A stretch of DNA of 53,709 bases, counting the filler, from Sluysia triapertura (lineage: Eukaryota): the NCBI GenBank assembly GCA_046118255.1. It is 4 parts of 4 records of this genome, joined end to end, with 100 filler letters (N's around TTAATTAATTAA, not from the genome) between each part and the next. Parts side by side here need not be neighbours in the genome. Positions count along the whole stretch, not along the records: positions 25,910 to 37,973 come from JBJNIA010142611.1; positions 38,074 to 53,709 come from JBJNIA010223353.1; 2 more parts are not named here. The stretch is one strand, 5' to 3'. A model generated the notes under the pieces. It was not told where the DNA came from, did no database searches, and worked only from the letters and a program-made list of their open reading frames with translations. This document shows positions 35,096 to 48,624 of this stretch, piece after piece. The position numbers and the translations under genes were made by a program. Position 1 is the stretch's first letter. Every line of letters starts with the position of its first letter.

Positions 35096-37216
35096 CTATA
35101 CCTTGATTGAGCGAGTTAATCTACGCGTGTTAATTACATAAATTTTTATGACTTCAGTCGTAAGATTGACTGCAAGTAACGCATAAAGTATGAATGTTAT
35201 AAGAGATAAATATATGTTGATTTTATTTGAATTGGCTTGGTCGCTATTGTTGATTATTTTAATTGAAAAATTATTATTTGGAGTTTTAATAATTTTATTA
35301 GTTTTATTGAGTTTAGTAGTTTTCTTATTTATTGATTTTGTCATTTCGTACTTATTATACTTATTTAATGTATCTTCAATAGTTTCATTAATAATTGGTA
35401 CTACTAAATTAAATTGTTGTCCAAATCCAATACGGTTCATTTTAAATGTTTCATTAATGAAACGTATCCATACATATATAAATGGGAACGTCAATTATGT
35501 TTGGTAATCTATTCTAATTGTTAACTTAGGTGGTATTAACTCTATAGTGGAAACCTTATTGGTACGATATTTTATGGCGATTGGATTATTTAGTAACGTG
35601 TTGGTCATTTTAACTAAGTTATTTCTGTCAATTATTGCTGTAAAGGAGCAATTCATCCATTGTCTACTAAAATAATCAAAAAATAAATATGGTTTAGTTT
35701 TAATCCAGTGATACTGTGTGTATATTAATCTATTTATTAGCTCTATTGATATCTTAACTTTATATAATTGGGATTCGAACAATTCTTCACAAGTTATGAT
35801 CCATTTTTTGATTGTTATATAAGGGATGGCTGAAGTAGTGCATTGATCTTGTAAGCAGCATCTTATAGATAAGTGAATTAATTTTCCATTTATGTTTTTA
35901 ACACTAGCTATAATTTCATCGGTTTTCACTTGAATAGATAATTGCATGTCATTATAAAACATTTTCTTGCTTAATTTGTTTGTCGCATTAGCAGTGATTA
36001 TACATGTTAAACAAATACATAGTAAAACTGATGACATTTGAATTCCGTTGTAATGTGTCTGTAATCTTAAATCATCATTATATTCGTCTAATGGAGATGG
36101 CATTAATGGTGGTCCTGGAGGAGCATAAAATCGATTGATTCTTGGTACTGAATAATGATTATCGTCGTCGTTATTAGATGAAAAATTCAAATATCTATAT
36201 TTGTTCATTATAATAAACGTGATCATTAATAATGTTATAATTAAAGCAATAATAAATAATGTTGCTGCTATGATTAGAATTGCCAATGATGGATCTTTTC
36301 GTAATGAGTCTATAATGGTTAATTCTTTTCTATTACCTTTTATGGCATAATGTAGTTGTTTAATTATTTTGGCTTGCTTTTTTATAAATATTACTATATG
36401 TCTGTCTTCAGAAAGCAAAACATCCTTACAAATTGTAACGGGATATTCTGTATTTGGTATTGCATGTTGATAGGTTTCCCATAAACTAAAGTTGAGTCTT
36501 GCGGGATTAATACATATATAATTTGCTTTTATGTTCATATTGGTCATTTTGATTTGTACTTCTGTGTCATAGTTGTAAAAATCAAAGTATTTCGATCTGT
36601 ATACTTTCTGTGATCCATTTGCTATTGATATCATTGATAATATAGTGAGTAACGTTATATCTCGACGAATGTTATTAGTTTTTAAAATCCTATTACAAGT
36701 GATAATGTAATAAATGCTAAATAACAAGTATATTATAGTGAAAATTAGAAGTGCCAGTATAAAGATATTCTTTGTACAATCTTCATTCTTTTTTCTTATT
36801 GTATTTGTGCTTATTTCCTTATTATTCATACTTGTTTCTTTATTTACTATTTTATCTGTTAATCTTTCCAAATATCTTGTTGTTGTTGGTGGTGAAATTA
36901 TTTAAGTTTCCTTGTAACATTGTTCATTAAGTATGTCCGTGAAATTTATTGTTATTAACTTACAATTATAAAATGAAAATCCTATTATTGTAGTAAAATA
37001 GATTGAATGTTCACATTGGTAAATATCATCTACTAACAAAGGTTTCTTTATTACTAATGGTTTCCAATAGATACAATAAATTTTTAAATTATAATTGGGT
37101 ATTGTGTTTCTATCGTCTATTTCAACTGTCCAAAATCGATTGAAAATATTTGTAAGAAAGATTGCCTGTTTAGTATCAGTATAGCTTGTTAAGTTTGTTG
37201 GATAATGAGTTATCAT
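35096..37216 (-). CDS. Accessory membrane polyprotein of element B (nearly intact; ORFs 36902-37216, 35495-36871, 35096-35494)
   Basis: Multiple TM and signal segments, a Tyr/Pro-rich cytoplasmic loop, and colinear homology to 16240-18470. Confidence 0.8.
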
Positions 37217-37231
37217 GGTAGTTAATTGAAG

Positions 37232-37800
37232 TTATCTGTAGTTATCTGTTCCTATGCCTGATGTTGAAGAAACTGTGGTATCCCACCAATCAAGATTTTC
37301 CCAATTCGGAGTTGGTGATGGTGGTATAATTGGATTCAATTCTGTAATTTGATAATTCTGTGGTAGAGGTGGTACTGGTCTTGGCATTGGAGGTAAAACT
37401 AATTGTGGTAATACTACATGTGTTCCTGAAGGTATTTTGAGAAATCCTAATCTTCCATGAATTACATTATTTTCTAGTTTATTTATTACATCCATTCCTA
37501 ATATAATATCATATGGGCATTTTTCCCCAACTAATATTGTTACAAACAAATCTACGTCTAAAATTGTTAATTGACATTGTAATATTCCATTAAATAAAAT
37601 ATATGAATCGTATTCCAGCTTGTTGTAACATTGTAATTTCTAAAGCATTTAGTCTATTGTAATTAATAATAGTGTTATTTGAACCTGTATCTATGACTGC
37701 TGGTACCCATAGTTGATTGAATTTAATGCTTTGAACCAAGTGATTTTGTATATTGAAAGAAGAGGTTATCATACTTATTGTACTTATTGGTTTATTATTT
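37232..37800 (-). pseudogene. Second aspartic protease of element B
   Basis: VPAVIDTGSNNTII (DTG at 37683-37691) and CPYDIILGMDVINKLEN, homologous to 15580-16242. Confidence 0.85.
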
Positions 37801-37973
37801 GATAAATCCGTGCTTAATAACTTAGATGGTTTATCTCTGTCTTTAATCCTTGGTTTAACCTTTAATATACTTTTCGTAATCTTTCTATTTCTTAAGTTAT
37901 ATTCGTCATTAGGTGCTAATTTACATCGATTTACGTGTACAACAAAAGTTTCCGCATTCATATCATTAGGTTT
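37801..37973 (-). mobile_element. Integrase C-terminus of gypsy element B, in frame with the second protease
   Basis: AETFVVHVNRCKLAP..YNLRNRK...KVKPRIKDRDKP matches element A SETFAAHVNRFKMAP..NLRNRK...KVQPRHKDRDKP. Confidence 0.85.
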
Positions 37974-38073
37974 NNNNNNNNNNNNNNNNNNNNNNNNNNN
38001 NNNNNNNNNNNNNNNNNTTAATTAATTAANNNNNNNNNNNNNNNNNNNNNNNNNNNNNNNNNNNNNNNNNNNN
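37974..38073. other. Artificial contig linker
   Basis: TTAATTAATTAA at 38018-38029 inside Ns. Confidence 0.95.
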
Positions 38074-38209
38074 TTTTAAGTAATCTTTAACTTATTAGTT
38101 ACAGGAGTGCCAACGATACGTTGTAAGACGCTTACTGTAACCGAACCCTGTTAAAAATATTTTGCCGTAGGTTAAGTGTTAGAAAAACCACAGCATTATT
38201 ATTATTATT

Positions 38210-38520
38210 ATTATTGTGAACTTGAATTGTTTTGGCATAAATTCTGAAATATATTTGAAGAGCTTAAGTGTAAATTGTGATTAGAATGTTATGAAATTAT
38301 GAATTGAAAATGTTTTTAATGGAATTAATGCCTTGAATTAAGTATGATTTTGATGTTGAAATTGTGAATTTAAAATGTTTTGAAGTATGAAAAATGTTTT
38401 AACGGATCTAAATAAATGTAAAATATAGAAAAGATTTTGATAAATTGTGAAAAGGTAAAAATATAAAATGTTAATGAATGTTATGATGTAATTGTTTGAA
38501 TTTTAAACCAGAGGTTTACA
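38210..38520 (-). repeat. LTR/leader-like repeat related to 8007-8330
   Basis: Shares aaaacattttaaattc[a/g]caat and agttcacaat. Confidence 0.5.
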
Positions 38521-39289
38521 ATTATTATTATTATTATTATTAGATAGATTGGCCTTTCAAATGTATGTGTAATCCTAATAAACCAAATTATATCATTAAC
38601 GGATATTAAATCGGGTCAGTGATTCAAGTTCTTACATGAATGAAGCTGTGAATTCTTTTTCATTGAACTGCAAAATACGCGTTGCTTCAAAAGTCAAAAA
38701 AGTTATTGTTTCACTCCCTTGAAAGGTTAAAGACGTAAAAATTATACTTAAAATGTAATAAAAATCGAAAATCTCCATCAGACAGCTTTAAAAATTAACT
38801 AAATTTATTGCATCCGGTCTAAATTGTTAACATTGGTAGGATAATAAAATCGTTTAACATTGAATATTGTTTCTTGCGTTATTAAACAGTTCTTTAGTTT
38901 ATCTGACTTCTTAAATATAATAAAAATAACTCTAAATATGTTAGCACACATTATAAGTCATATGGATTTAAAAACCACTTGCAACATAACTTGGTTTTTC
39001 GAAAATGTATGAAGAATCGTTATGTATTATATACTTATTTCAGAGATTAATTTAATGCGATACAATTATGAGAACTGATTGTATTAATCATAAAATAAAT
39101 ATTTATAGTAAAACATCTACAACACAATTTTATTAGTCAGAATTCCATAAAAATATCAATATTACTTTTAATAGAAAATGTATTTAAACATAAAATTTTA
39201 AATGTTAAATAGTAATAAAATTATAGTACAAATTTATACAGTAAAAAAATAATAACTAAAATGAAAATTCAAATAAATATATTTGAAGT

Positions 39290-39594
39290 TTAATTTGTTC
39301 TGTCAATAATTTTATTACTTTTAATAATATTTATGCCTTCAGCCTTTAATCGTTTTAATATCGGTCTATAAATATCGACAGTTAAAGGTAAAACTATGCC
39401 CTTCCGTTGAATTTCCCCATCCATGATCATTTTTACTCCAATCGCAGCTGGATAACCCACTGTTTTACCCATTGCCATAAAACCATTCGGATCACCGTAG
39501 CATACAAGACGAACTTCATGCTTTTGAATTTTATTTTCTGGCCATTTAATAAAAACTTCATGTATCATTATAACCACGTCACGTTCATTGGGTT
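39290..39594 (-). CDS. AASS: Last exon of alpha-aminoadipic semialdehyde synthase (saccharopine dehydrogenase C-terminus)
   Basis: Acceptor actttcag, then PNERDVVIMIHE...LVCYGDPNGFMAMGKTVGYPAAIGVKMIMDGEIQRKGIVLP...IYRPILKRLKAEGI. Confidence 0.9.
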
Positions 39595-40724
39595 CTGAAA
39601 GTTATTATTATCATTGTCAAGGTAAAACTGACGCGTTATAAATTATGTATAATAGAACACATTAATTTATTTTGAAATTAAATTTATTAAAACCTTATAA
39701 TAAAATTCTAAACTAGTAATAAGATGATAGTTAAAACGTGAACGGGTATAAATAAAGTAGCAAGGCAGAGAACAGATACAAAAAGTAACTAATCGTTTTT
39801 ATCAGACAATAGTAAAAACGTATGTTTAAAGTTACAAAAGCTTACTAATTATCTACAACCTGAGAATACTTATACTCCTCCTGTCCGGCAATGATAAATA
39901 CAACTATTATTTTATAATTTCCAGTTAACTAACTCAGTTCGGTATTATAACTGTCATTCAATCCAATTCCTCTTTGTTTGTAAACAAATTTGTAAAGTTA
40001 TTTTATAAGTTTTTTCCCTTAATTAATTTAATGGTCAAACTGCGATTAAAAATCATTTGTAAACTTCATTCTAGCATAAGGCTATTATAAAACATTATAA
40101 AAATATCTCAAAAAAATCATTAAAAAAATTAATTGTATATATTGTTATACATTTCTATTACAAAGTTTGTATATAGTAATATAATTAATTTGTGATTAAT
40201 ATTATTATTTGTGTTTAAAGCAAAGAGCAGCAAGAAAAGTCACCATTCTTTTATTTGGTGTAAAGGTTATGAAGGAGATTTTACGAATTTTGATATAAAA
40301 GATTAAAATCGATATTTGTTGACAAAACTCTTATAAAAGAATACAAGCTTAAAGGAATCGTAGTTTCCAAAGGAGTATAAAAGCAATTGGTTTATTTATA
40401 GTGTAGTCAAGATGATTGTTTTTGTAGTTACAACAGACCCTATTAACATTTTAAAAATGTATTAGAAAGAAAAGATGTAAACCATTTACTACAGGAGAAG
40501 ATATTTTATTTTTTAGTGAATTTTTCCTAGTAGAACACTTGCATCATCATCATAATGCTTTAAATTTTGAAGTACAGTAATGACTAAAGAGAGTAAAGGT
40601 TATCAAATTCTTCCTCAAATACTTTAAGTATATTTCAAAATTCTTTTATCATTAATTTTCTTACGATCACACATAATAGAATAAGAGAATCTAAAAATAC
40701 AAATTACGTAATTAAAAAACGTGA

Positions 40725-40940
40725 TGAGAATTTTGGATCAGGTAAACCATGCTGAGCAACAGTTCATAGAAGAATTCGCATGTAGGTTACACCGATTATG
40801 CGTCGATTGTAATTTCTCCAACGATACTGAAATGTTACGGAACATTTTTAAAGTTGGGCTCGATGATAATCACATCGCAGAGCAATTTTTGGCATAGGAT
40901 CAGACTAACCTTACTTTTGAGAGAACATCGGTAAAGGTGA
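40725..40940 (+). mobile_element. Gypsy (Mag-like) gag fragment
   Basis: EEFACRLHRLCVDCNFSNDTEMLRNIFKVGLDDNHIAEQFLA. Confidence 0.6.
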
Positions 40941-41299
40941 AAGTTTAGAAAAAGGTAAGCTTTACCAGAATGTGAAATTTCAATAATTTGAATATTGCTG
41001 AGGAAAATGAAGTTAGGTATGAATTGTGTATTATAAGTTTAAAGGTGATAAAGCGAGTGGAACTGGCAAACCTCAGGTTTAGCGTATTAGACATTGATCG
41101 CTCGTAAAATGATGGAAATATTTTAAAATTTTGTGAAATATATACACTATGGAAATGTACACATTTAAAGATCAAATATTATAAGATATTAATGATTATA
41201 TTATATCGGTTATATTATATTATATTATATATTTCCAAAATGATCTGATTTTCATTTTCAGGTATTTGATATCATGAATAAAAATTTTATTATAGCATT

Positions 41300-41660
41300 A
41301 AGGCTGTGCCAAAATGTTGCAATCCAAAACTAGTTAAACTTGAATTAGATAAGTTATTAAAAGATTTTATTGAAGCGAAATATTTAAGTGGCGATCATCT
41401 TTATAAAGGTTATTGTGTTGTAACATTTTAAGTTATTCCTGGAATTTTACTATTTCAAATAAAAAGAAGCCTTTTGTGTCACTGTTTCGAAAGAAATTGA
41501 TAAATTTAATTCCAGAATTTCAGGATTTTCAGGATTATTCATTAATGCATGTAATCTATAGAAAATTTTGATCTAACTATAAAAAATCAGAGAATTAATA
41601 TGATTATAGAATAAGAACAGGTTTAGTTCAATTTGGTTCTATTAGAAGAAATAAAAGGTC
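41300..41660 (+). pseudogene. Highly decayed USP-family deubiquitinase-like fragment
   Basis: LDKLLKDFIEAKYLSGDHLYK...IPGILLFQIKR...YDYRIRTGLVQFGS resembles USP box motifs. Confidence 0.35.
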
Positions 41661-44463
41661 GCTGTCATAATGATTTTCACAGTAATTAAAGCAGAAATTA
41701 TGCGGCGTTGAAAGGCAAAATAATTATTGAAGTTTTACGAAACCGACTATTGAAAATTATGCATAAATATTACAAATATGATCAAAATGGTAAAAGACTT
41801 TGTTTATTAAAGAATTTGTAAAAAAAAGTGTGTAAATACAATCAGTTTTGACAGGAAACTTTAAACTTTATTTGAATGTGAAAAAATAAATGTTTTTATA
41901 AAGTTTCCGTAGATATTACTAAAAAAATCTCAACAGATATCGAACTACATATTCTTAAGTATTATAGATTAGTATCCCAAGTTTCAATTTCTACTCCAAA
42001 TATGCAAATGCAAATACTTTAAATCGTCACTTGAGCAATCTATATTCCGTGTGGGAATTTTTCAAACAACAATAACTAATAATAATATGGTGTTTTGTAG
42101 CAACTTACCAACTTCATACAAAAAAAACACATAAAAACACATAAATAGAATGAATCCATGACACTACAAAGCTGCAATTGAAAAAGTCATTGTTTCAAAA
42201 CTCAGATACAAATAGTGATGTTGCGATCAAGAATTATTTGAATTGAGGTACTAAATTTACTAAAACAGATTTAACTACTTTGTAAAAGTTTTATGAGCAT
42301 GAGATTAAAAATAAATACGGTAATTTTGATGAAAATGGGACAATACTTAAAAAAGGAATTAACAAATTGTCTACAATAAAAAATAACATGCCAATAAATA
42401 ATTTAATTTTGATGAAATTTAAATAAATGTATCACGGTATACATGACACAAGCACAAAGTGAATTTGAAAATAATAGTGTATTTATCAATGAGAGATATA
42501 AACTAAAATTCTAAAATACTTTGATTGACAATCACGTATTCTCCAAAATTGAATTTAAACTAGTGATATTAATTATAGACAGTTTAATGAAGGGATAGTT
42601 TTCTTAGATAATAGGTGAATTACACATTATCTTACCATGTGATGAAATTTTAAATATTTTAAAACTCTTCAAATGGTAAAGAGAAAATAAAATGTAAACA
42701 TAATGAAATCGTAAAAACAATGATATTTTACAAACACCATTGAAAAGTAAGTAAGGAAAGTAAGCAATTTATTTCCATTTTTAGGAAATAAAACTCGAAA
42801 GAGCGAGAACAATTCAATGCAAAATGATTTTAATGTAGAAAAGCGAAACTATTAGATAAAACAAACACAATCTGGACACAAATAGAAAAATATAACTAAA
42901 CTAAAATAAAAAAAGAAACTTTAGTTAGCAAATAGTTATAGGATAAACATCTTAATAGAATTAATATAAATAAAAACTGATTCACACCTTAAAATAAAGC
43001 GTTTAATAATTTATTAATGTTAGGATTATAAATTTAGTTTGCAATTATGCATATATTTGTATATTAAAGTGTTTTAAATATTTTTTTACACTTAAAAATA
43101 AAATGAATTATTTAAAATCAAAATTTTAATAAAATGTTAGATAATTTAAAATAAACTATAAATTAAATACAATTTTTAAATAATAAATTATTTAATCTTT
43201 AAACTAAATACAATTTTTAAATTAAAAAAATTGTGAAGTCTTTTTTTTGTTTTATCAAATTAAATAAATTAAGATGGAAGAATCAATCAAATTAATATAA
43301 ATAGAAGCAGGTAAAATTTTAGTTTTCAATTTTTTTAGACACGGATTTTAGATTTAGCATTTTAAATAATTAGAAATTTTGAGAACATTTTAGAACTTAC
43401 AAATTTAATCCATGCACAAGTAATTTTATCGATTCACCGCTAAGGGAATCTCAAAATCTACGAAAAATTGTTTTATTTTTTAATACATCTTAATCAGAGT
43501 TATGTAACATTATACTAAAATCGTTAGTAATCAACTAAGGTTGAATTACTTAAACTCATTATCATTATATTTTATTTCTAATTGTACGTCTATTGTTTAT
43601 CATAGCTCTGTAAGCAAAATTTATTTAATAAAAATTCTAGCTTAAGTGTGTTTCTAATCAATTTAAAATACTATTTTATCAAGCAAAACCATAAAAAGGG
43701 TTGCGTAATTTCTAAATTCAAAAAATTATTTTTCGAAGCAAAACCATAAAAAGGGTTGCGTAATCTCTAAAATCAAAACTATTTGTGGTGTAACACTTCA
43801 ACATATATCATACATCACATCCATTATCATCATTAATGACATCAACTATATCACGGACACAAATTACATCGAAATAAACACACCTACAACATCTGCAGTA
43901 TCACACCTCATCCCCGGAAAATCACAAACGCTTAGTAAAATCTTTTTATTAAAATTTTTCTATTTGAAATCCTTTATTAACACTTTCTTATACGTAACGC
44001 CTATTTCCACCTCATCAGCACTACTACACTACCTTTTTATTTGTATTTATTATTATTATTATTTTTATCATTATTATTATTATTAAACCTTCAAAAATTA
44101 TGCATTATTCCAATACTAGAAATACTTATGAATAACAATCAAATGCAGTTATTATCATTATTATTTTGTTGTTATTAACTTTATTTTATTATTGTATTAT
44201 TTTTATTATTTCATTTTATTATTTTTATCATTTTATCTTATTATTGCAATTCATTATTTTTATTATTTTATTTTATTAATTATATTTTATTATTTTTATT
44301 ATTAATTTTATTTTTTAAATTTTTATTATTTTTATTTTTATTTTTGATATTATTTTATTATTTTATTTTTGCTATTAATTTTATTATTAATTTTATTATA
44401 ATCTTTTATTATTATTTTTATTATTTTATTACTATTAATTTTAATATTAATGATTTTGTTTAA

Positions 44464-45737
44464 ATAATATTTTATTATGCATTACTAAAAAATTTAAAAA
44501 TATACAGTACTTCAGAGTACACAATACATGATTGTAATGACAGGATTACAATCCAAGTTAAATGTGTAACCTGTGCCTTACGAAAAAATGTCACAATCTG
44601 TCAACGCTCATCAATAAAGACCTTAAACAACATTATGAACCATAGAGATGTCTGGTTTTCTCACCAATCAAAACCGCTACGGGAACACCTTACATTTTGT
44701 GACTACAATATATTCGACGGAGCTGTAATCGGACTAACACACAAGCTGCTCGGCGGATCAGACGTCGACGCCGACATGCCCTTCAGACAACAAAAAACGC
44801 AGAAGGTGAACACCTTTGAAACTCCCTTCTTCACTGACGAATCTGGACTCCCAAATACATGGTTCCTCGTCGTGGAAGCACATTTTGAACGATACAACAT
44901 AAAACGACAGAGCACCATGTTTAACCAGTTACTTCCTCTCCTTCCGCAACCTCTCTTAAGCAAATTAGGCAGCAAGATTCAAACTTGTTTGCAGTCGGAG
45001 AGCGCCTATGACGATTTAAAACAAACAATCTTGGCACACTACCGTCCCAATACACAGAAAGTGTTCCAAGATTATTTCAAGGCGCAATCCTTAGGGACTC
45101 TTTCCCCTTCAGAATTTCTGGCCAAGATTAGAAATGATCTTGAGCCCTTTGGTTGCGAAAAGGATGAAAATCATGACGTCCTAAAGAGATTATTCTTGGA
45201 CGCCATGCCCACCGAAGTCCAGACCGTACTTACCGGCAGCCAAATTCACGATATTAAAGAATTGGCCAACCTTGCCGACAAGATAATAAATCAATGGCGA
45301 ACAAGGCGTACAGACACCATAAGTTCCATGAACGATACACCACAATCTAAGTCAGGCATCACTTTAGAATCCATGTCAATGAGGATCGATGCCCTGACCG
45401 CACAAGTAGCTGAAATCACCAAATTAGTCGCTACAAGTCTGACGCAACACGCCAGCAATCCTCCCACTAGACGACAATCACCACCGAACTCCGGGTCCTC
45501 ATTGCTATCCCGAAAATCAGCCAGCAGTCCCGGAAGGTTCAACGGTATCTGCTATTACCATGACAAGTACAACAGAAAGCAAAATGTTGTGTACTAGGAT
45601 GCAGATACCCCAATAAGTTGAACACACTCCGAATAAAGAATATTTGCATATACCATGCACATTTCAAAAACCTGGCCAAGCGATGCATGGACGGCTGCAA
45701 TCAATTCAATACTTTCAATGCAGCATCAAAAAACTAA
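44464..45737 (+). mobile_element. gag: gag of a CsRn1-clade gypsy element with an N-terminal ubiquitin-like domain and two CHCC knuckles
   Basis: The frame is open from 44464. Ubl ITIQVKC...KPLREHLTFCDYNIFDGAVIGLTHKLLGG, then PNTWFLVVEAHF...YDDLKQTIL...PSEFL...ELANLADKI, then C-x2-H-x9-C-x3-C twice (1-nt deletion near 45578). Confidence 0.85.
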
Positions 45738-45778
45738 ACTCGCCATTGGTCGTAGCGGCCAGACCGGACAATATGGCG
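45728..45778 (+). promoter_or_regulatory. Probable -1 ribosomal frameshift site between gag and pol
   Basis: Slippery AAAAAAC at 45728-45734 is followed by the gag TAA, then a downstream stem CGCCAT...ATGGCG with inner tggtcg/cggcca. pol is in the -1 frame. Confidence 0.65.
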
Positions 45779-48624
45779 ATCAACAGTATATTTTCAGTGC
45801 CGCTCAGATTTATCAATTTTCAGCATGTCTCCCTCGAGTTTCTTATTGACACTGGAGCCGCTGTTTCGGTGATACCACAAAAAATTATAAATAACACCGT
45901 CAAAACACATTCATATTTAACAGCAGCTAACGGAACAGCCGTGGCTTGCTATGGCTCCCAGAAACTCCAATTTCAAATCCACCCGTTCAAAGAAATACTC
46001 GAATGGACTTTCCTCATAGCGGCAGTTCAACAACCAATATTAGGAGCAGACTTTTTTAGTCATTACAAGTTCTCGGTTGACTGCCACACAAGAACTCTAC
46101 ACAAAACCTCCGGATAATTGTCACACATAAAGATAGAACAAAATCAAATAAACGAAACAAACGTTCTTTCTTATGTGGAGCAGGTGTATCCAAACTTAAT
46201 TTAACAACAATTCAATCCGGATTATACACCTTGCTCGGAGCATTTCATTAATACACTACCCACCCCACCGTGTAGACAGCGACGAAGGGAATTAGCGCAA
46301 AAAATCCGTTCCTAAGCAGAGCTCGAATTCCTTGACATGGGAAAACAAGGAATTGTGCGGCGATCTTCTTCACCCTGGGCCGCACCTCTGCAAATCGTCA
46401 CAAAAAAAGATGGCACTATTCGCATATGCGGTGACTACAGAATGCTAAACAAAGTCACTATTCCTGACGCATATCAGATGCCTCTTATAACCGATATTTT
46501 ACACCGATTTACGAAATGAAGCGTCTTTTGCTCAATAGACCTCGCAAAGGCATATCACCAAATACCGGTACATACCGCTGATATACCAAAAACGGCCGTG
46601 ACTACTCCTTTCGGTCTCATTGAGTATATCAGAATGCCTTTTTGTCTAAAAAATTCCTCTCAAACTTTTTAACGGCACATCGATCAAATATTACAAGGAT
46701 TGCTGTTCGTCACATAGTGATCACTTCTAAGGATTTTCACCAACACCAAATCCATTTGGATGCAGTGTTAAAGAAACTGGCAGACAATAATTTGGTAATC
46801 GAACCCACGAAATGTCAATTCTTCCAGTCTAGAATTACATTTCTGGGACACCATATATCTGCTTGAGGCATCGAACCATCGGAAACCCATACAGCAGCAA
46901 TAAGAGACTTTCCGCAAACTCAAACGGTCACACAAATGTGGAGTTTCTTGGGATTAGTAAATTATTGTCACAGATTTATACGAGGCTATCACATATAATA
47001 GCCCCTCGGGCAAGAAATCCCAGTCAATTATGTGGAACCAAACATCCTTAGCATCCTTTCATTGTACAAAGAAGTGATCATGGAAATGAAAAGTTTAGCT
47101 TTTCCGCTTCCACAAGTACCTTTTATTCTAACTACGAACGCCTCCAATATAGCAATCGGCGCGGTAATTGTGCTGGACCTATTGAATTCTTTTCCCACAA
47201 ATTATCAGGGCACCAAACAAGGTATTCCACATTCGATCGAGAATTGCTGGCTATCTTCCTATTAATAAAACACTTCGAGTACTTGTTGGTACCAGCTCAA
47301 TTCACACTTATATCAGACCACAAACCCGACTCCAAGGCAACAACGGTACATCAGCTATCTTTCTCAGTTAATTTTAATAATGAATACATTTCGGGACAAG
47401 AAAATGTGGTTGCATATGCCTTATCTCGCGTAAGTATAAACAGTATTGAATTTTTACCAATGTTCACTGTCGAAGACCTACAACGGAATCCTCGAACAAA
47501 TCAAGAAATCGCTCAGTTCAGCGTAACACCAATATTGCGTGAGGGAATTTACTTCAATAATCAATTATCAGACATCGCACGCCCAGTTATTTACCAAGAA
47601 CTACGTATTCCAGCTTTCCAATACGTTCACAACACCACCCATTGTGGAGCTAAGGCGACTTATGAAGTCTGACGCTCTAAGGTTGTATAGCCATCAATGC
47701 GCAGAGATATCAAATATTTGTGCAAATCATGTTTGATATTCCAGTCTGTAAAAGTTCACAAACATACAAAACTGGGACCGCTTCATTTTCCTATAGGCCA
47801 CCTGTTCGAAACAATTCATATGGACATTGTCGGTCCATTACCACAATCGCGTGGCTATACTTATATATTAACAATATTCGACCGACGCAGCCGCTGGCCT
47901 GAAGCCTTCCGAAACCATATCGAGAATCCTGGTTTCTAATTGGATATCTCGCTTCGGAGTTCCTAAGAGAATTATTACGGACCAAGGAGTTCAGTTCGAA
48001 TCCGGCTTATTCAATGAATTAATAAAACAGTTAGGCAGTACCAGATTACGAACGACATCATACCATCCTCAGTCTAACGATATGATTGAGCGCTACCATC
48101 GCGTTATTGGTACGACACAATTGGGTCGATGCCCTTCCGTTAATTTTATTAGGTTGGCGAAATATACCACACACTGCTACTGGATATTCACCAGTCCAGG
48201 TACAAACACAAGATTACCCTTCGAACTATTTGAATCAGAAAACTCTAATGAGAAAATCTATTCTCTCTTATTACGGAAGTATTTCAATGAACTGGACACA
48301 TCTCCCCGACATAATGACAACTCATATATAAACATACCAAAAGACATGCTTGATACTCAATTCGTCTGGGTAGCACTACATCTCTACAAAAAAAGATATT
48401 CTGGACCATATAAAGTTATACAAATAAATCCTGAAAACCGTACAGTTACTATCAATATCAACGGCGTAAACAAAATACTCAACTGGTGCAAATTGGAACC
48501 AGCCACCATTCTTGTAAATCATCAAAAGGAACATTCCCCATCGATCAAGTTCGTTACCTTCGATTCAGCAGTAGTTGTATTACATAACAATGGTAAATTC
48601 AACTATAAGATTAAGACAAAATAA
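45735..48624 (+). mobile_element. pol: pol of the CsRn1-clade gypsy element (PR-RT-RH-IN), decayed
   Basis: [91 protein letters not shown]. Confidence 0.95.

Noticed and set aside
13657-37973. Elements A and B as the two arms of one giant inverted structure
   Set aside because: They are separated by a contig linker (25810-25909) and are too diverged.
43681-43779. 44-bp direct repeat as a CRISPR-like or regulatory array
   Set aside because: Only two units in eukaryotic DNA, consistent with a simple tandem duplication.
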